In this document: piece after piece, positions 55,052 to 58,903 of the stretch | Numbering within the stretch: the first letter of the stretch is position 1 | Layout: every line of letters begins with the position of its first letter | Notes under the pieces: model-generated | Database searches by the model: none | The model's input: only the letters and a program-made list of their open reading frames with translations | What the model was told of the DNA's origin: nothing | Position numbers and translations under genes: made by a program | Origin: a virus | Lineage: Duplodnaviria > Caudoviricetes | Direction: 5' to 3' (one strand) | Virus record (IMG/VR): IMGVR_UViG_3300032304_001646 | Span: 1-58,903 of that record | Length of the DNA stretch: 58,903 bases

Positions 55052-55648
55052 ATGAAATCACTCTTAATAGAAACAAACCTATTCGAAGGTAAGGTAAATG
55101 AAGATGAGGGAGGAAGAACCTTAGTAAAAGGAGTTCTACAAAGAGCTGGTGCCGAGAATCAAAATGGTAGAGTTTATCCAAAGCCTATATTAGAAAGAGA
55201 AGCTAAGAAATACGAAACGTTTATTAAGGAACGTAGAGCATTAGGTGAATTAGACCATCCGGATTCTACTGTAATAAACTTAAAGAATGTTTCACACAAC
55301 ATTAGAGAAATATGGTGGGAAGGTGATGATTTATGTGGAACTGTTGAAGTTCTATCTACTCCATCTGGTAATATCCTTAAGGAATTATTGAAAGCCGGTA
55401 TCCTATTAGGTATCTCATCAAGAGGTATGGGTTCAACTAAACCTTTAAGTGGAAATAAGGTTGAAGTATCCGAAGATTTTGAATTGATTGGTTGGGATTT
55501 TGTATCTAATCCATCTACACATGGTGCATTTATGGTGCCTGTAAACGAATCCGTAAATAGAGGTTTACAACAAATAGGAACTGATGTTTGTGGTGAGTAC
55601 TGCAAAGCACAAGATTTAATGAGAGAAATAATAACTGAAATAGCATAA
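55052..55648 (+). CDS. Prohead core protease (T4 gp21-like, peptidase U9)
   Basis: NQNGRVYP, ALGELDHP, VSH, TPSGNI, GISSRGMGS, DFVSNPST motifs. Confidence 0.95.
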   Translation: MKSLLIETNLFEGKVNEDEGGRTLVKGVLQRAGAENQNGRVYPKPILEREAKKYETFIKERRALGELDHPDSTVINLKNVSHNIREIWWEGDDLCGTVEVLSTPSGNILKELLKAGILLGISSRGMGSTKPLSGNKVEVSEDFELIGWDFVSNPSTHGAFMVPVNESVNRGLQQIGTDVCGEYCKAQDLMREIITEIA

Positions 55649-55650
55649 TA

Positions 55651-56199
55651 ATGGCAAAGAACTTTGATATATACGATTTCGTACACAACAATAAGATAAC
55701 TTTAAAAGTTGATGGACACAAAGGAACTACTGTAGCGAAGGCATACAATGATATCCGTAAAACTAACTTAAAAGAAGTAAAGATAGTAAATGGTAAATTC
55801 AGTTTAGCTGAAAACTTAGGAGATAGAAAATTATCAAATGAAGTTAAAAAACACTTCTTAGAAATAATTTCTACTTACAACACTTTTCAAGACCAAATGA
55901 AAAGAAAATCAGATATGAGTGAGGTAGCTGATACATTGGGTGCTATTGTTGAGGCTGCAAAAGAAATGACATTAAGAGAAAGTGGTGATTGGTTCGATAA
56001 TGTGACCGTAAAAAGAAATATGCAAGAATTGGATAAATTGGGTAAATCATTTGATAAGTTTGCTGTTGAAGCAAAACAAATGGATGAGAGATTGCATTCT
56101 TTATATGAAGATATGGGACACATCTTAAATCGTTACTATGAGATTGCAGATATCAGTACCGATACAATGCACGAAAGATTAGGTAATAAAAAGAAATAA
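55651..56199 (+). CDS. Hypothetical head-region protein
   Basis: Clean ORF after the protease; helical, DWFD and LYEDMGHIL.RY segments. Confidence 0.6.
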   Translation: MAKNFDIYDFVHNNKITLKVDGHKGTTVAKAYNDIRKTNLKEVKIVNGKFSLAENLGDRKLSNEVKKHFLEIISTYNTFQDQMKRKSDMSEVADTLGAIVEAAKEMTLRESGDWFDNVTVKRNMQELDKLGKSFDKFAVEAKQMDERLHSLYEDMGHILNRYYEIADISTDTMHERLGNKKK

Positions 56200-56201
56200 T
56201 T

Positions 56202-57209
56202 ATGATTAGTTTAGGTGGATTAGTATCACAAAAAGCATTTGGTAAATTTGAAATGGGTAAAGTAGTTTCTAATCCATTTGCAAACGCATTCATTAAAGAA
56301 GGTGATGGTGAAGACCACGAAGTTTCTATGGCAAATAATTCAATAGATACCATTATTAAGATGGCAACTGAATTGAAAGCTAAAATGGGTGAGGATGAAA
56401 AACAAATCCCAGCTTGGATTCAAGACCATATAGCTAAAGCAGAAAACTTAATTTCACAAGCATCTGGAAATTATCACGAATATGGAGATTCAAACGAAAA
56501 TATTAACGAAGCACCTAAAAAATTAAAACATACTATTAGTAAAAAAGAATGGTCTAAAATTCCTAAATATAATAAACATATTGGAATGGATGGTGTTCAT
56601 TATATTATGAAATATGATGATAAACTTGGAACATATTTACAAGGTGTAGAAATAGTAGATGAATCAATAAAAGAAGCATCACCTTGTTGGAAAGGATATA
56701 AGCAAGTTGGTATGAAAGATAAAGGTGGTAGACAAGTTCCAAATTGTGTACCTGAAGGAAAGGTAAATGAAGCACCAAATACTGGAGAAAGAATACAAAA
56801 CCTTAATAATAGAATTAAAGCATTAAGAGATAAACTATCGGCAACTAAATCACCTGAACAAAAGAAATTATTTCAAGATAGATTAAAAAACGCATTACAA
56901 ACACTTTCTAATATTAAAAAAGATTTTGGAATTAAAAAAGAAATTAGTAATAAAACTCCAAAGATTTTTGTAAAAACTGCAGCAGTTGAAAAAAAGATTA
57001 GAGAATTAATGGCTGATAGAAAGAAAGCAGTAGTTCCTTACAATACTGAGAAAGACCCGGCTAAAAAAGAAAAATTAAAACAAATTCTTATCAAACTAAC
57101 TCAACAAATTCAGGGGTATGAAAAGAATTTGATTCAATTGAGAGATATGGAAGAAGAATATCTTCAACAAATGCATGCAGATGCAGAATTGGATACAACT
57201 GGTCTTTAA
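56202..57209 (+). CDS. Multi-module protein, probable head-internal polyprotein
   Basis: Modules FIKE/GDGEDHEVSMA, ENINE/APKK, ESIKE/ASPCWKGY..VPNCVP, KVNE/APNT. Confidence 0.6.
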   Translation: MISLGGLVSQKAFGKFEMGKVVSNPFANAFIKEGDGEDHEVSMANNSIDTIIKMATELKAKMGEDEKQIPAWIQDHIAKAENLISQASGNYHEYGDSNENINEAPKKLKHTISKKEWSKIPKYNKHIGMDGVHYIMKYDDKLGTYLQGVEIVDESIKEASPCWKGYKQVGMKDKGGRQVPNCVPEGKVNEAPNTGERIQNLNNRIKALRDKLSATKSPEQKKLFQDRLKNALQTLSNIKKDFGIKKEISNKTPKIFVKTAAVEKKIRELMADRKKAVVPYNTEKDPAKKEKLKQILIKLTQQIQGYEKNLIQLRDMEEEYLQQMHADAELDTTGL

Positions 57210-57234
57210 TAAATTTAATAAAATATTTTTTAAT

Positions 57235-57261
57235 AAAAGCTTGGATTTTCCAAGCTTTTTT
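57235..57261 (+). terminator. Intrinsic terminator (possibly bidirectional)
   Basis: AAAAGCTTGGA-TTT-TCCAAGCTTTT perfect inverted repeat with a T run. Confidence 0.75.
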
Positions 57262-57271
57262 CGTATATTTA
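57240..57271 (+). promoter_or_regulatory. Degenerate Bacteroidota-type promoter overlapping the terminator
   Basis: CTTG-N20-TATATTTA; same TCGTATATTT context as the primase promoter. Confidence 0.45.
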
Positions 57272-57274
57272 CAT

Positions 57275-58597
57275 ATGATTAAGCCTTTTTCAATTTTAGA
57301 TACTCGTTCTAAAGAGTGGCAAGAACGTAAAAGATGGTGGATTAACACCTATAATATCCAATCGGAATTAGGTAGAGAAGATATCGAATCAAGAGCACGT
57401 TTTTGGGAAGATAATACCGTTTCTATATTTGATGCCACACTTTGTGAAAAGATGTACGAATGGTTTTGTCCAAAAGAAGGTAGAGTATTAGACCCTTTTG
57501 CCGGCGGTAGTGTTAGGGGTATAGTTGCAACTGAAATGGGATTTATTTATAATGGTATTGACCTTTCCGATGAACAAATAGAAGCAAATAAAAAACAATC
57601 AGATAAACCAAATTGGATTACCGGTGATAGTGAGTGGGTCATTGATTCAATATATGATAAAACACAGGATTTTGTATTTACTTGTCCGCCGTATTATGAT
57701 TTAGAAAAATATACCGATAATCCTGCAGACCTATCAAATATGAATGCAGATTCATTTGATAAAAAATATTATTCAATTCTTAAAAAAGCTGCAGCAAAAT
57801 TAAAAGATAATCGTTTCTTTGCAGTTGTAGTATCCGAAGTAAGAGAACAATCAATAACGGGAAATTATAAAATCGGTAAATATAAAGGGTTGGTTTGGAA
57901 AACAATTAGAGCATGTGAGGAAGCTGGATTACACTTCTATAACGATATGATTCTATTTAATTCACAACATCAGGCTGCTAGAGTGGTTGATACATACTTC
58001 AAAAGAAATCGTAAGGTAGCATCGGTTCATCAAAACATATTAATATTTGTAAAAGGAAATCCGGATATTGCAGCAGAAGATATTGAATGGAATGGGACTT
58101 ATGAATGTGTGGTAGATGGCAAACAATATAAATCATTTAGAGAAGCTGCAATTTCAATAAACCCAAATGAATTAGTGGCTACCGAAGTTCAAAGAAGATG
58201 TCGCTCAACTAAATCCAAATACAAAGAGTGGCAAATCATTGGTGAAGAAACAAAGCCCGATATTAAATACGAAGTTGATGGTATTCCTTTTGAGAACCCC
58301 AAACAAATATCAGAATTGATTGGTGGTGATATGAGTGAATCAATGGCTAGAAATTATATAGAATCAAACAATCCCAAATATCGTCATTGGAAGAAAGCTG
58401 ATGGTTGGGATATTACCTACGAAGAAATGCAAGATTTGTGGGAAAAAAATATTCGTTTAGAATTACCTATCATTAGTTGTGATGGTAAACAATTTTATTC
58501 AATTATAGATGCAGCCAACTTCTTTGGTTGTTCAGATGAGCGTATTCGTCAAAAGCTCAAATCAGAAAAACATACCGATTACATTTATTTATTCTAA
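57275..58597 (+). CDS. Amino-DNA methyltransferase (N6-A/N4-C type) with C-terminal NUMOD1-like DNA-binding repeats
   Basis: Motif I VLDPFAGG, motif IV variant FTCPPYY; three C-terminal repeats (VDGKQYKSFREAA, VDGIPFENPKQISE, CDGKQFYSIIDAA). Confidence 0.75.
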   Translation: MIKPFSILDTRSKEWQERKRWWINTYNIQSELGREDIESRARFWEDNTVSIFDATLCEKMYEWFCPKEGRVLDPFAGGSVRGIVATEMGFIYNGIDLSDEQIEANKKQSDKPNWITGDSEWVIDSIYDKTQDFVFTCPPYYDLEKYTDNPADLSNMNADSFDKKYYSILKKAAAKLKDNRFFAVVVSEVREQSITGNYKIGKYKGLVWKTIRACEEAGLHFYNDMILFNSQHQAARVVDTYFKRNRKVASVHQNILIFVKGNPDIAAEDIEWNGTYECVVDGKQYKSFREAAISINPNELVATEVQRRCRSTKSKYKEWQIIGEETKPDIKYEVDGIPFENPKQISELIGGDMSESMARNYIESNNPKYRHWKKADGWDITYEEMQDLWEKNIRLELPIISCDGKQFYSIIDAANFFGCSDERIRQKLKSEKHTDYIYLF

Positions 58598-58636
58598 AGA
58601 ATTTTTTAGAAAATTACGTTTTCTTAAACTTTTACA

Positions 58637-58786
58637 TATTTATTGATACAATAACGTATTTTATATGCGTTTTTACATTGGTAATGAATACTCACCTTTA
58701 TGTGTAGTGACCAAAAAGCCAATAAAAAAATTCTATTTAAGCTTACAATACAATAGCTTAAGAAATCCGATAAATAAGGAAAACAA
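58637..58786 (+). promoter_or_regulatory. Late-type promoter (TATTTATT) and long structured 5' leader
   Basis: Hairpins AACGTAT/ATGCGTT, ATTGG...TCAC..GTGA...CCAAT, TTAAGCT/AGCTTAA. Confidence 0.45.
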
Positions 58787-58903
58787 ATGGCAAGTTCAAA
58801 ATTGTTGAAAGAAGCAATTGCTGATGCTAAAGCTGTACGTGAAACTGCTATCGCTAACGCTAAAATCGCATTAGAAGAAGCATTTACTCCTCGTTTACAA
58901 TCT
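58787..58903 (+). CDS. Probable prohead scaffold/core protein, 3'-truncated
   Basis: MASSKLLKEAIADAKAVRETAIANAKIALEEAFTPRLQS, open to the window end; helical; located downstream of portal and protease. Confidence 0.65.
   Translation, partial: MASSKLLKEAIADAKAVRETAIANAKIALEEAFTPRLQS

Noticed and set aside
13-57348. Many 60-170 aa minus-strand ORFs in the track (e.g. 55174..55686, 43581..44093, 45800..46216)
   Set aside because: They lie antisense to well-supported genes and have Ser/Phe/Leu-rich shadow composition with no motifs.
1-58903. CRISPR array, tRNA or rRNA genes
   Set aside because: No regularly spaced repeat-spacer units or cloverleaf-like sequences seen, and intergenic gaps are mostly too short. 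A tRNAscan or Rfam run would be needed to exclude them fully.
1-58903. Stop-codon reassignment as in some large Bacteroidota phages
   Set aside because: Coding density is very high in the standard code, and core genes (terminase, portal, primase) are intact.

Overview
A roughly 59 kb, strongly AT-rich segment of a large T4-like (contractile-tailed) dsDNA bacteriophage, read almost entirely on the + strand in the standard genetic code. The host is probably a Bacteroidota species: there are TTTG-N20-TAnnTTTG promoters, A-rich Shine-Dalgarno-poor start contexts, and CsgG-like and outer-membrane beta-barrel genes. Gene order: (i) accessory, envelope and probable head-internal proteins (1-8.3 kb); (ii) a baseplate/tail module with two peptidoglycan hydrolases (8.4-27 kb); (iii) a GIY-YIG nuclease, primase and a fused Mre11-Rad50 (27-32 kb); (iv) a small antisense ribbon-helix-helix-like gene missing from the ORF track; (v) a 2611-aa tail fibre with an S74 chaperone, followed by a glycosylation cassette (GT4-methyltransferase-GT25-like fusion, Aah/TibC-type protein O-heptosyltransferase, HldC/RfaE-II-like nucleotidyltransferase); (vi) a 1204-aa multi-module protein, terminase, portal, prohead protease, a DNA methyltransferase with HTH-repeat tail, and the start of the probable scaffold gene. 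Two candidate systems stand out. First, a phage-encoded virion-protein heptosylation/glycosylation pathway, matched by abundant hydrophobic-[S/T]-[G/A/S]-S motifs in tail and baseplate proteins. Second, a family of proteins with a shared MIKLxxILxE leader and internal ESVNE/ESINE-type linkers that look like capsid-targeted polyproteins cut by the prohead protease; it includes an Ntn hydrolase whose catalytic Cys would be unmasked by that cut. All family calls come from motif recognition by eye; no database searches were run.
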